In this document: in pieces, positions 1 through 8,257 of the stretch
How the letters are laid out: every line of letters begins with the position of its first letter
How positions within the stretch are numbered: the first letter of the stretch is position 1
DNA from: an uncultured virus (IMG/VR IMGVR_UViG_2576861459_000003)
Lineage: Duplodnaviria > Heunggongvirae > Uroviricota > Caudoviricetes
Strand: one strand, 5' to 3'
Length of the DNA: 61,854 nt
Virus record (IMG/VR): IMGVR_UViG_2576861459_000003
Span: 62,001 to 123,854 of that record
Notes under the pieces: model-generated
Seen by the model: only the letters and a program-made list of their open reading frames with translations
The model's database searches: none
Told to the model about the DNA's origin: nothing
Translations under genes and position numbers: made by a program

Positions 1-46
1 CTTTATCATCGTATTTGTACCAGACAGTAATCATTTTGGCTGCCAT
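1..46 (-). CDS. Partial small phage protein (N-terminus MAAKMITVWYKYDDK, runs off the window)
   Basis: ATG at 46 preceded by AAGGGAAGCAGGTG RBS-like sequence; open frame to the window edge. Confidence 0.6.
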   Translation of the reverse strand, partial: MAAKMITVWYKYDDK

Positions 47-94
47 ATGTTCACCTGCTTCCCTTAAAAACACAACTTTATTTTAATCTATTAT

Positions 95-574
95 TCACTC
101 ATCTATAAAATCACTCGCACACTGATAAAGCTTTTGATATATATCTTCATCAACTGGTGGCTCAATTTGCTTAACGCCATTTTCCACTTCACTATAACGA
201 CGACCATCGTATGGATTTTTCTCCCATACAACTGGAATGGACACGTCTCTGTATTTAAAATATACACCGCCATCTTCAAACTCTTGTCTTTGAGTTAGGC
301 CCACTGGGGCAATGTCAATAATTTCATCATCTAATTTCACCCACATGTGAAATTCATAAGGCGGATCCCATCTATAGGCCAAAGGAAGAATCATAGGATT
401 GAAAATTAATTCACCTGCTTTTAGTTCAGCATTAATACCATACTTTTTTTGAAGCAACTCTTTTGTTAAATATGAAGTATATGCACATTTATCTCCAATC
501 GACACTCTAAGTTTATTGAACGCAGTTATTATCCCTTCAACAATGTTTTTTTGCATACGCTCTTTTTCGTTCAT
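95..574 (-). CDS. Hypothetical protein, possible transglutaminase/papain-like Cys-His-Asp fold
   Basis: 159 aa ORF, RBS AGGAGG; motifs DKCAYTS and FHMWVKLDDEIID. Confidence 0.7.
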   Translation of the reverse strand: MNEKERMQKNIVEGIITAFNKLRVSIGDKCAYTSYLTKELLQKKYGINAELKAGELIFNPMILPLAYRWDPPYEFHMWVKLDDEIIDIAPVGLTQRQEFEDGGVYFKYRDVSIPVVWEKNPYDGRRYSEVENGVKQIEPPVDEDIYQKLYQCASDFIDE

Positions 575-621
575 ATTGCCCTCCTACCAGGTCTTTGTTT
601 ATTTTATTTAAAAGAATGATT

Positions 622-1011
622 TTATTCAGTAACACCATTTTCATATTCAAGGTTGTATGTTGCTATTTCGTGTACTCCTATATCCCCTGCAAAGTTTCCA
701 TCCTCATGTTCCTGTTGTAAATAAACCTCTTTATCTTTTTCAAAGATTTCTCTTGCTTCATCTAATTCAGTTACAGCTTGCGATCCCATTCGATCTGTTA
801 CAGTAAATACTAAGCACCGTTTTAACTCGGTACCATCTTTAAGGACTACGTCTGCCATGACGTACCCATTTGGCTTTAGTTCGCCAATTTCATTACGTCT
901 TTTATCGATTGCCTCTTGAAGAACCACAGAAACAGTATTGTTATCAGACTCACTTAAAGCCATTTCTAATTCTTCAATTTCCTCAAGTAGTACTTGAATT
1001 TCCTCTCTCAT
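622..1011 (-). CDS. Hypothetical acidic phage protein
   Basis: 129 aa ORF, RBS AAGGAG, co-oriented with neighbours. Confidence 0.8.
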   Translation of the reverse strand: MREEIQVLLEEIEELEMALSESDNNTVSVVLQEAIDKRRNEIGELKPNGYVMADVVLKDGTELKRCLVFTVTDRMGSQAVTELDEAREIFEKDKEVYLQQEHEDGNFAGDIGVHEIATYNLEYENGVTE

Positions 1012-1039
1012 TCTTCATCTCTCCTTTTTAATATACGCC

Positions 1040-1414
1040 CTATGAAACCCATAAAAATTTCTCATTGTTGCACCTTAAATCACCTAAAATGGTTACAGCA
1101 TCGCCAATATCATACAAACAATCAAGGTATTCGTTTAAAGCATCTGCCCAGCTATCAAAATCGAATTCAGTAGATTCTTCACCATTTTCAATTGACTGTT
1201 TGATCCATTCAAAGTTCTCAACAACTATTTTAAAGTCATCTAGAAAAATTTCATCTAGAGCATTATTGTTTCCTTTTTCAATTCGTCGTTCTTCTTTCCT
1301 GAGTATGTATTTCAATTCAGAAAGCACATTTTTCGCAACCTCATGTACAGCATCATTTGTTTCTTTGTTTGTAAGGTATTGCTTGATATTAATTTGATTT
1401 CTCCATTTCGGCAT
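1040..1414 (-). CDS. Hypothetical phage protein
   Basis: 124 aa ORF, RBS AAAGGGG. Confidence 0.8.
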   Translation of the reverse strand: MPKWRNQINIKQYLTNKETNDAVHEVAKNVLSELKYILRKEERRIEKGNNNALDEIFLDDFKIVVENFEWIKQSIENGEESTEFDFDSWADALNEYLDCLYDIGDAVTILGDLRCNNEKFLWVS

Positions 1415-1475
1415 TTCTATATTCCCCTTTCATGTGTGGTTTTCACCTTCTAATTTTGTAAAAGTACGATTTTAT

Positions 1476-1853
1476 TTAAACATTGCATTTAATATATTCG
1501 TCAAAATCCGGAAAGATAAGCCAGTCATTTGTCATCAGCTCATCCACTTTTTGCAAAAATTCTTTTGATCTGCCTTTCAATTTAAAATCGCCGTCTCCTC
1601 CATAAAATTCGCTCAAGCCTTCATAACCGCCTGATTTGTAGTCTGATATAAAACATCTCCCATCAAAATTCCTATTGTTTCCTGCCTTTTCTGAATCTAT
1701 AATTGCACGAGTTTCTTCCTCTATTGCTTCAAAATTGTAACTCTTTGCAATCCGATTTACCTCTGTCAATCTGGAGATGATTTCATCTGACCAGTTACCC
1801 CTCACATCTCTTAGAAGTGCTTCCATTAAGATGATTTCTTCTTGCTTTATCAT
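1476..1853 (-). CDS. Hypothetical phage protein (start reassigned to MIKQEE)
   Basis: RBS GAGGAGG before ATG at 1853; the longer ORF-track start overlaps the upstream gene. Confidence 0.75.
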   Translation of the reverse strand: MIKQEEIILMEALLRDVRGNWSDEIISRLTEVNRIAKSYNFEAIEEETRAIIDSEKAGNNRNFDGRCFISDYKSGGYEGLSEFYGGDGDFKLKGRSKEFLQKVDELMTNDWLIFPDFDEYIKCNV

Positions 1854-1884
1854 GGTCTTTCCTCCTCTAATTAAGTTTGTATTC

Positions 1885-2076
1885 CTACTCCATAACCTTC
1901 CCTTCAAGTACAACCTCACTTGCAGTCCAAGTGATCTCATTAACTCCATTCTCATCCATCAAGGTTTTCGCTTTACTATCCGCGCTCACTTTTAGGTCTT
2001 CCAAACTTTCGGCTTTAATTATATCGGCTAATAGCATATAGTCCTGATCGTAAAATTTTACTGAATAATCCTTCAT
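1885..2076 (-). CDS. Small hypothetical protein (MKDYSVKF...)
   Basis: RBS AAGGAGAG before ATG at 2076; downstream of the sigmaA promoter at 2157-2185. Confidence 0.75.
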   Translation of the reverse strand: MKDYSVKFYDQDYMLLADIIKAESLEDLKVSADSKAKTLMDENGVNEITWTASEVVLEGKVME

Positions 2077-2156
2077 ATATTCTCTCTCCTTTTGTTGTAA
2101 TGTGCGCTTTAACTTAACCTTGAAAATTTTCATTCCCTTACTTTTTTTGTAACTTT

Positions 2157-2185
2157 AGTATACCATGATCACTTTAAGTGATCAA
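2157..2185 (-). promoter_or_regulatory. sigmaA promoter TTGATC-17-TATACT overlapped by perfect palindrome TGATCACTT-T-AAGTGATCA (2166-2184)
   Basis: Read directly from the reverse strand. Confidence 0.75.
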
Positions 2186-2192
2186 TATCTTT

Positions 2193-2396
2193 TTAATCTT
2201 TTTTGTAAATCAACAGCTCATGCAACTCAATATCTAAATATGTACAAACTTTATCAAGCAGATCCCTTGGATACCGCTCCATTTCGTCATGATACAGCTT
2301 TCTAACTGTGTTGAAACCATGGTCAATATCATTGGACAGCTTTCGAATACTGATATTCCTTTCGTCTAATATCGGCTTTAAATTTGATTTAATCAA
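2193..2396 (-). CDS. XRE/Cro-family HTH regulator (YopB-like)
   Basis: [20 protein letters not shown]...TVRKLY HTH pattern; TTG start at 2396 after GTGAGG. Confidence 0.85.
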   Translation of the reverse strand: MIKSNLKPILDERNISIRKLSNDIDHGFNTVRKLYHDEMERYPRDLLDKVCTYLDIELHELLIYKKD

Positions 2397-2422
2397 TTTT
2401 ACTACCTCACATTCATTATGTA

Positions 2423-2463
2423 TGATCACTTTAAATTATCACCATATGCATAAAAAAGGTCAA
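2423..2463 (-). promoter_or_regulatory. sigmaA promoter TTGACC-17-GATAAT of the XRE gene with operator copy TGATCACTTTAAATTATCA over -10/+1
   Basis: Read directly; operator at 2423-2441. Confidence 0.65.
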
Positions 2464-2489
2464 GGATATACCTTGACTATGTATTAAGC

Positions 2490-2927
2490 TTACCAATCAA
2501 ATGAATCTTCATGTTCAAATCCATAAATACCTTTAATCCACACGTCTCCGCAGCCTGGATTCTTTGTAATCTCTAACACATGATTACGATTTGCATCTCC
2601 CTCTACTCGATCTGCAGCAGTATAGTCGGCATAGTTCCCTACAAACTGCTTTTCACTACGTGGAAATACCCAGCCAGCAAGAGTTATCCTACTGATTTTC
2701 ATATTTAGAGTACACCCTTCTGCATTGCTAATTGTGAATTTGTAGAAGAGCCAAGTGCGATCATAATTCCGATCAAAATAATCTGCCATTGAAAAACTCT
2801 CTGAATCCTCACTCATGTGAAAATTCACATTTTTGTAGTCTAATGTAAGCTTCGCCTCAGCACTTGGTGTGTTAAAACTCAATATAAAACCAATGCAAAT
2901 TACAGCCAAAAAGATTAACTTTTTCAT
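2490..2927 (-). CDS. Secreted hypothetical protein
   Basis: Sec signal peptide MKKLIFLAVICIGFILSFNTPSAEA; RBS AAGGGGGAG; hairpin GGTCAAGG..CCTTGACT downstream. Confidence 0.8.
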   Translation of the reverse strand: MKKLIFLAVICIGFILSFNTPSAEAKLTLDYKNVNFHMSEDSESFSMADYFDRNYDRTWLFYKFTISNAEGCTLNMKISRITLAGWVFPRSEKQFVGNYADYTAADRVEGDANRNHVLEITKNPGCGDVWIKGIYGFEHEDSFDW

Positions 2928-3230
2928 TCCCTCTCCCCCTTTTCCAAATTATACTATATTTGAAATGAAGGTGAAAGAACAGGCAGAAGCTTCGTGATTT
3001 ATCTGTATTCTTCATGATATAGCTAGATATACATGCATCTATGAATATCTTCGTGTATTTATAAGTATCTATACCTCCCTATATCACACAAATACACCTT
3101 ATTGAGAACAAAAATATTTATTTTAGTTCATTTTTAAGAACAAATCTTCCATTTTTATGATATAATCATCACTGCTTATAGGCAGCCTTACTGCTTATTC
3201 GCCATATGGTATAGGAAAGAGGTTCTTTTA

Positions 3231-4322
3231 ATGAACGTAAAACATTCTAACTGTTTCTTTGTTATCAGGCTGTTTGCCGCTCTCTGTGTGCTTATTGGTC
3301 ATGCTACAAGAGATATAAACATTTCTGTCTTTGGTTATACTCCAGAGAGTAAAGCAATATTTCACACCGGCATATCAATCTTCTTTTTTCTAAGTGCACT
3401 TTTTCTTTTCACTTCTTATGAGAGATCCCAGCTTAAAGGGAATAATGTAACTGATTTTTATTGGAGCCGAATTATTAGGATCGCACCCGCAATATACACC
3501 TATGCTATTGCCTCCACTGTACTGCTAATTGTTCTAGGAGCTCTTTCATTGACAGTATTCACTACTAAAGAGTACTGGACATGGCTTCTTAGCAATCTTG
3601 TGCTATACCCTCAATACTTCCCTGACATATTCCATCACATTGGCACAGGTCGCCTTAACGATTCACTTTGGACAATTCCTGTTCAGATTAGCTTTTACCT
3701 GGTGTTACCCGCAATTTATTGGTTTTATAAACGCTTCGGATTCAAAAAAATGATTCTTTGTTCTTTTGCTGTTTCTGCTTTTAGTGTGCTGATTTCTTTC
3801 GTGGTTTTGAAGTTCTTGCCTGGTAATGTGTTCGGTAACCTGTACTTACATTCTTTCCTGCCACAGATGTTTTATTTCACTTTGGGCATCTTCTGGACAA
3901 AGGCATGGAGTAAGTCACCGCAGCACCTTGTTTTATTTTTGTCTTCGGTAATTTTATTTTTACTTATTAAGGCAGATCCCATGCATCTTAGTTCAATAAA
4001 CAGTACACTATGGAACTTTTTATGGTTTGTGCCGTTAAGCTATGCGATCGTTTGGTTCGGGTACAATGGGCCGAAAATATTTTGGCAACTGAACCGGTTA
4101 GATGATATCAGTATGGGGATTTTCATATGGCACATGGTGATTATCAACGTCTTCCTATACACCGGAATTAATAAAACACTGTCTGATTACCCGTTGATCA
4201 TAGTTCTAATTGCTGTCACTGCTGCAATCGCATTTCTTTCGTACAGAATCGTGGAAAAACCCGCTCTTAAATTACGTAATATCAAGAAAAACAAACCAGT
4301 CAAAACGAAGATTGCGAGCTAA
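3231..4322 (+). CDS. Acyltransferase-3 (OafA-like) membrane O-acyltransferase, moron
   Basis: RLFAALCVLIGH, FFFLSALFL, RIIRIAP, SLWTIPVQ, ISMGIFIWH and SYRIVEKP motifs; about 10 TM segments; own TGnTATAAT promoter (~3157-3165) and downstream hairpin. Confidence 0.9.
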   Translation: MNVKHSNCFFVIRLFAALCVLIGHATRDINISVFGYTPESKAIFHTGISIFFFLSALFLFTSYERSQLKGNNVTDFYWSRIIRIAPAIYTYAIASTVLLIVLGALSLTVFTTKEYWTWLLSNLVLYPQYFPDIFHHIGTGRLNDSLWTIPVQISFYLVLPAIYWFYKRFGFKKMILCSFAVSAFSVLISFVVLKFLPGNVFGNLYLHSFLPQMFYFTLGIFWTKAWSKSPQHLVLFLSSVILFLLIKADPMHLSSINSTLWNFLWFVPLSYAIVWFGYNGPKIFWQLNRLDDISMGIFIWHMVIINVFLYTGINKTLSDYPLIIVLIAVTAAIAFLSYRIVEKPALKLRNIKKNKPVKTKIAS

Positions 4323-4329
4323 TGGCCAA

Positions 4330-4351
4330 GGGCTGTTCATGTAGGCAGCCC
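4330..4351. terminator. Hairpin between convergent genes
   Basis: GGGCTGTT-CATGT-AGGCAGCCC inverted repeat. Confidence 0.5.
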
Positions 4352-4383
4352 GTGTCCCATTTAGCATGAAATGGTGTTTTTAT

Positions 4384-4704
4384 TCAAAGTTGTTTAAGAT
4401 GCTTGAATTGAGGTGTATTTAACTCCTCCTCATATTCACTTTCAAGATATTTTCTTATGTCATCAGCAGATGCGTATAGATATGTGAAAGCCATATCTAA
4501 CACAGCTTTTCTTTTCCTTATATCCTTATTCGACAATCCTGTTCCTTCGCCTTCATCAACCGAACCGAGCAAATTATATAAAGTTTGGGTGAAATCTTTT
4601 AAAGTGTAAGTCATATGATCAAAGTCTGTGTTTTGCGCTTCTTCAATATCTGATTCATCTAGCCTTTTCATTAGATGTATAAATTCATTTTCCATCCTGT
4701 GCAA
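4384..4704 (-). CDS. Hypothetical protein (start probably ATG 4695)
   Basis: ORF with RBS AGGAG. Confidence 0.7.
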   Translation of the reverse strand: MHRMENEFIHLMKRLDESDIEEAQNTDFDHMTYTLKDFTQTLYNLLGSVDEGEGTGLSNKDIRKRKAVLDMAFTYLYASADDIRKYLESEYEEELNTPQFKHLKQL

Positions 4705-4728
4705 CTCCTATTCTGTTTAAAACATGTT

Positions 4729-4899
4729 TTATTTAATCTTAGCTTCTATTTGTACAAACTCTCCCAGTGGCTCAACACATGCTACTTCGTACATGCAGTC
4801 GTCATATGTATTGAGTAGAACCTGTGTTTCCTCTGTTATTTGCCCTTTGTCCATCATCTCTTGCAATGAATCAATCAATTGTTTTACCTTCATAGACAT
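4729..4899 (-). CDS. 56-aa hypothetical protein absent from the ORF track (MSMKVKQLIDSLQEMMDKGQ...)
   Basis: Manually translated; RBS AAAGGGGAG; fills the gap between neighbouring genes. Confidence 0.75.
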   Translation of the reverse strand: MSMKVKQLIDSLQEMMDKGQITEETQVLLNTYDDCMYEVACVEPLGEFVQIEAKIK

Positions 4900-4902
4900 G
4901 AA

Positions 4903-5337
4903 TTACTCTCTCCCTTTAAATAAAGCATTCCCCTGTATATTTCTTAATCTCTGAGATAACGCTTGCTGATAATTTTTCCCTTCAATTGATGTTGAACAAT
5001 CAATTAAGTTAAGTGTGTGACCTCCCTTATCAACAGTGATCAATAGCTGATCACCTATATCACGATTAATCCATTTTTTATGCCTTCTTTCTGCCATGTA
5101 TGAAAAACCAAAATTATTTTGTGTATGTAAATTCACTATACAGCTGGTTGATAAACTTTCGATTGCAGTTTTAGCAGCAAGAATTATTGATCTGTTTTGC
5201 GTTCGCTCTAAACAGGTGAAATATGTTTCTTTCATAATTCCTTTGTATCTAAATATCGCGATAGCTACCCCAGTTTTTGCAGGTGCTTTTTGTAGCACTC
5301 TGATGAAAATATCAATTTCTTTAGACATAATATCCAC
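4903..5337 (-). CDS. RNase H-like fold protein, catalytic acidic residues apparently lost
   Basis: Pattern IDIF..TGVAIAIFRY..TQNRSIILAAKTAIESL..CIVNLHTQ..WINRD resembles RNase HI. Confidence 0.6.
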   Translation of the reverse strand: MDIMSKEIDIFIRVLQKAPAKTGVAIAIFRYKGIMKETYFTCLERTQNRSIILAAKTAIESLSTSCIVNLHTQNNFGFSYMAERRHKKWINRDIGDQLLITVDKGGHTLNLIDCSTSIEGKNYQQALSQRLRNIQGNALFKGRE

Positions 5338-5513
5338 CTTTTCTAGATTTTATATTATATCTAATTATCACACATTTAGACTAAAGCTCAATATATATTT
5401 TGTTTTAGTCGCAGCCAACTTTTCACCCATCTTTATAGCATATCCGCTCCCTTTAAAAAAAAAGAGAGCGAAAGTATTTTAGTTTAGAATAATAACATTT
5501 AGTTATATATCTG

Positions 5514-6266
5514 TTAAGCTGGCTTACGCTTACTAATTAAATCGGTTATGTAGTCTGCACCTTTAGCAGTGAGATACGTTTTTGAAACATATCCAATCTT
5601 AGATGTTGGCACACTTTTAACTTCAAATAAACCACGACCCATATATTTTTGATATGGAAGGTTATTTGCCATCAGGATTTTCTGATCCTTAAGAAAAGTG
5701 AATAACTTATTACGTCCAAATCCTTTGATATTTAATTCCTTAGCAAGTGAACCAATGTCCATTAGCCCGTCAGCGTCCAAGAACTGATGATACTTCTCCA
5801 CTTTTGGTTGATACTCAGTTACCTGTTGTTCCAAAAGGAGTTTTTCAGATTCGATTCTCTCACGTTCCTTTTGTTCTTGTATCCATCGCTCCGCCCGTTG
5901 GATTGAGTTATCAATCATATAGGAAGGAACTAATTGTTTTTTAAGCTGCGTTTCCATCTCTTCAAACCGTGTAACATAATGCGCAGTAAACAAAACGCCT
6001 TTTGTACCATTCATTTTATTAGCCACCATGTCGCAGCCTTTACGAGTGAGAAGGTAGTATTTGTATGGACGTTTATTCCCCTCTACGGTATACGAGTTTT
6101 CAATAAAGAAATCAAGAGAACTCAATTTTGAGTTTTCTAAAATCTGCATATATTTTTCAATGTCCCTTACTAGATTTGCGTGTCTCTTTTCAACCATATC
6201 AGCCACTTCACGACTATCCATTAAAAGTTGTCCATCCCGTTCAATTACAGTTAAATTTTTTTCCAA
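5514..6266 (-). CDS. Rha-family regulator / antirepressor with C-terminal ANT (KilAC) domain
   Basis: MDSREVADMVEKRHANLVRDI (Rha); QPKVEKY..GRNKLFTFLK..PYQKY..YLTAKG (ANT). Confidence 0.9.
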   Translation of the reverse strand: MEKNLTVIERDGQLLMDSREVADMVEKRHANLVRDIEKYMQILENSKLSSLDFFIENSYTVEGNKRPYKYYLLTRKGCDMVANKMNGTKGVLFTAHYVTRFEEMETQLKKQLVPSYMIDNSIQRAERWIQEQKERERIESEKLLLEQQVTEYQPKVEKYHQFLDADGLMDIGSLAKELNIKGFGRNKLFTFLKDQKILMANNLPYQKYMGRGLFEVKSVPTSKIGYVSKTYLTAKGADYITDLISKRKPA

Positions 6267-6533
6267 TAAAACCTCTCCAATTAATTTGATTTATGTATAT
6301 TTAGATCTTTATGAAAAAGTTTACATTTCACATTCAAATCACCCCCTTATGTCCATTATCTTCTTAATAAAACAGCAACAAGAACCCTTATGATATAAAG
6401 CTTTTAGAGGTCTGTTGTATCCTAAAAAAGAAGAATAACCATTAGGATTTTTTCAATTCATATAAAATATGCATTTTATTTTATTTTCACCCTTAAAATA
6501 TGTATGCTTTCGCTGTTGTTTTAACTTGATTTA

Positions 6534-6584
6534 AGTATATCATGACTATTTTAAATAATCAATAATTATTTTATTTTTATTCTT
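6534..6584 (-). promoter_or_regulatory. sigmaA promoter TTGATT-17-TATACT with XRE-type operator (6543-6561) and upstream AAGAATAAAAATAAAATA element (6567-6584)
   Basis: Read directly from the reverse strand. Confidence 0.7.
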
Positions 6585-6599
6585 AAAGTGTGTATTTTG

Positions 6600-8204
6600 T
6601 TATGATGTAAGCAAGAGAAGCTTCGATGTATCCAGAATATAATAAGAAGCGTTATTTACCGTATCACTGTAAGATTGTGCCCCCTCAAAATCATTTATTA
6701 CGTCTTTTTCTTCTGCCGTCATATCCTGATATTTTACCTTGCCATACGAAGGAGGAAGCCAGTTTTTCTTTTGGCTGCCAAAAATATTGAACTTCTTAAG
6801 TATTTCCTTGTCTTTAAACTCAATGTGACATGTCCCTTTTTTATAGAAAGTGACATAAAAGTACTTTAATTCTATTTTTTTCGTTTCGCCGTAATGCTCA
6901 GCTAGCTTTAAAGTTTCATCTATGTTTATGTCTTCTGTTAACCCATTGTCAAGGTAATTGAAAACTTTTTCGATATCCTTCAACTTTTCTAAGACCTTGT
7001 AGTCTGTTGGATTATACCGACCATCTAGCCAACTACAATACCCGTTTAGTGGAATAATTATTTTTTTATTAATTTTATATGATTTATTTGTTTTCCACCC
7101 ATTATATAAGTGCACATTTTTTGATGATTCATCATAGTAATGCTTGTGGCTAAATTCTTCAAAAAGGTTAAGTATTGTATCTTCTACGCCCTGTGTCATC
7201 TCTTTGCTCATCTGAATTCTTAATGTATAGATATTGAACAAAGAAAAGTCATAATCTTTTAATTCCTCAACGTGCTGCAAGTACTTTTGTTTCAGGTTGC
7301 TTGTAAAGAGCCCCATAAACTGATCATTGTTAAATAACGTATTCCAATACTTCGCCCTAATTTGTTTTATATATGCATTCTCTATGTCATTTTCTTCGGC
7401 ATTCTTATCAATTTGCAGCTTCAATATTGGAGCACTGTCTTCATTGAATCTATGCAGCATTAAGGGTTTCAAACTGTTGTATTCATTGATTAATTTTAAA
7501 CCCGCTTTAATCTCATAATTGAATTGTTCTACAATTCCCTTTATAAAATCTGCACTCACTAACTGTGTAGCTTTATAATCGTCATTAATTCTATGAGATT
7601 CATCTTTTTTCAATTCTTCTATTAGAACGCTGCTATATTCTTGTTTTTCAATGCTTATGTAAATTAGGGCTGTTTGTACTTCGGTGCTTCGTTCGGAGTT
7701 ATGGAAAGCGTTTTGAACATATTCAACTTCTACATTTATTTCCTCTAGCTTACGAATGAGAAATTTCCTGTCATTTGAATACGGATTTTTTAATGTTTCG
7801 GCATTTAACAAGCAAACAATTTGGCCGGATCTTTGTTGCTTCTCAATTAACTCAATGGCCTTTAATAAGTGTTTAGCACCGTTGCTAAAAGGTGGATTCA
7901 TAAAAATCAAATCGTACCTCTTGTATGTGTTAAACGTCAGAAAATCGTCTGCAATCACTCTGTAATCTTTGCCTTTAAGTATGTGTCGTAAGTTTTCATC
8001 TTGTTCAATTGTATCCACGTCATACTTCGTATTCCTTCTATAGTTCCTAGTATTTTTAAATTGAGTGTAAATGGCTTCTACTAAGTTTCCTTTACCTGCT
8101 GACGGCTCCAGAACAGAGTTGATGTACTTCCATTCTACTTTAGAGGTCATTTTTCGGATTAACTGTGGTGGTGTCGGATAAAAATCCGGATTATCTTTAA
8201 ACAT
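6600..8204 (-). CDS. N6-adenine DNA methyltransferase with DUF4942-like C-terminus
   Basis: FYPTP, VLEPSAGKG (motif I), MNPPF (motif IV), YKKGTCHIEF. Confidence 0.9.
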   Translation of the reverse strand: MFKDNPDFYPTPPQLIRKMTSKVEWKYINSVLEPSAGKGNLVEAIYTQFKNTRNYRRNTKYDVDTIEQDENLRHILKGKDYRVIADDFLTFNTYKRYDLIFMNPPFSNGAKHLLKAIELIEKQQRSGQIVCLLNAETLKNPYSNDRKFLIRKLEEINVEVEYVQNAFHNSERSTEVQTALIYISIEKQEYSSVLIEELKKDESHRINDDYKATQLVSADFIKGIVEQFNYEIKAGLKLINEYNSLKPLMLHRFNEDSAPILKLQIDKNAEENDIENAYIKQIRAKYWNTLFNNDQFMGLFTSNLKQKYLQHVEELKDYDFSLFNIYTLRIQMSKEMTQGVEDTILNLFEEFSHKHYYDESSKNVHLYNGWKTNKSYKINKKIIIPLNGYCSWLDGRYNPTDYKVLEKLKDIEKVFNYLDNGLTEDINIDETLKLAEHYGETKKIELKYFYVTFYKKGTCHIEFKDKEILKKFNIFGSQKKNWLPPSYGKVKYQDMTAEEKDVINDFEGAQSYSDTVNNASYYILDTSKLLLLTS

Positions 8205-8257
8205 TTTAATTTCCCCTTTGGTGAGGAAATGAGATGTTCTCCCATCCCCTCATGAGT

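Noticed and set aside
2989..3062. Three CTTC(G/A)TG..T.TA repeats between the secreted-protein and acyltransferase genes
   Set aside because: Short, degenerate and irregularly spaced; cannot be distinguished from chance
3138..3149. LexA-box-like GAAC-N4-CTTC (also GAAC-N4-GTAC near 13092)
   Set aside because: Mismatch in the conserved half-site; expected by chance
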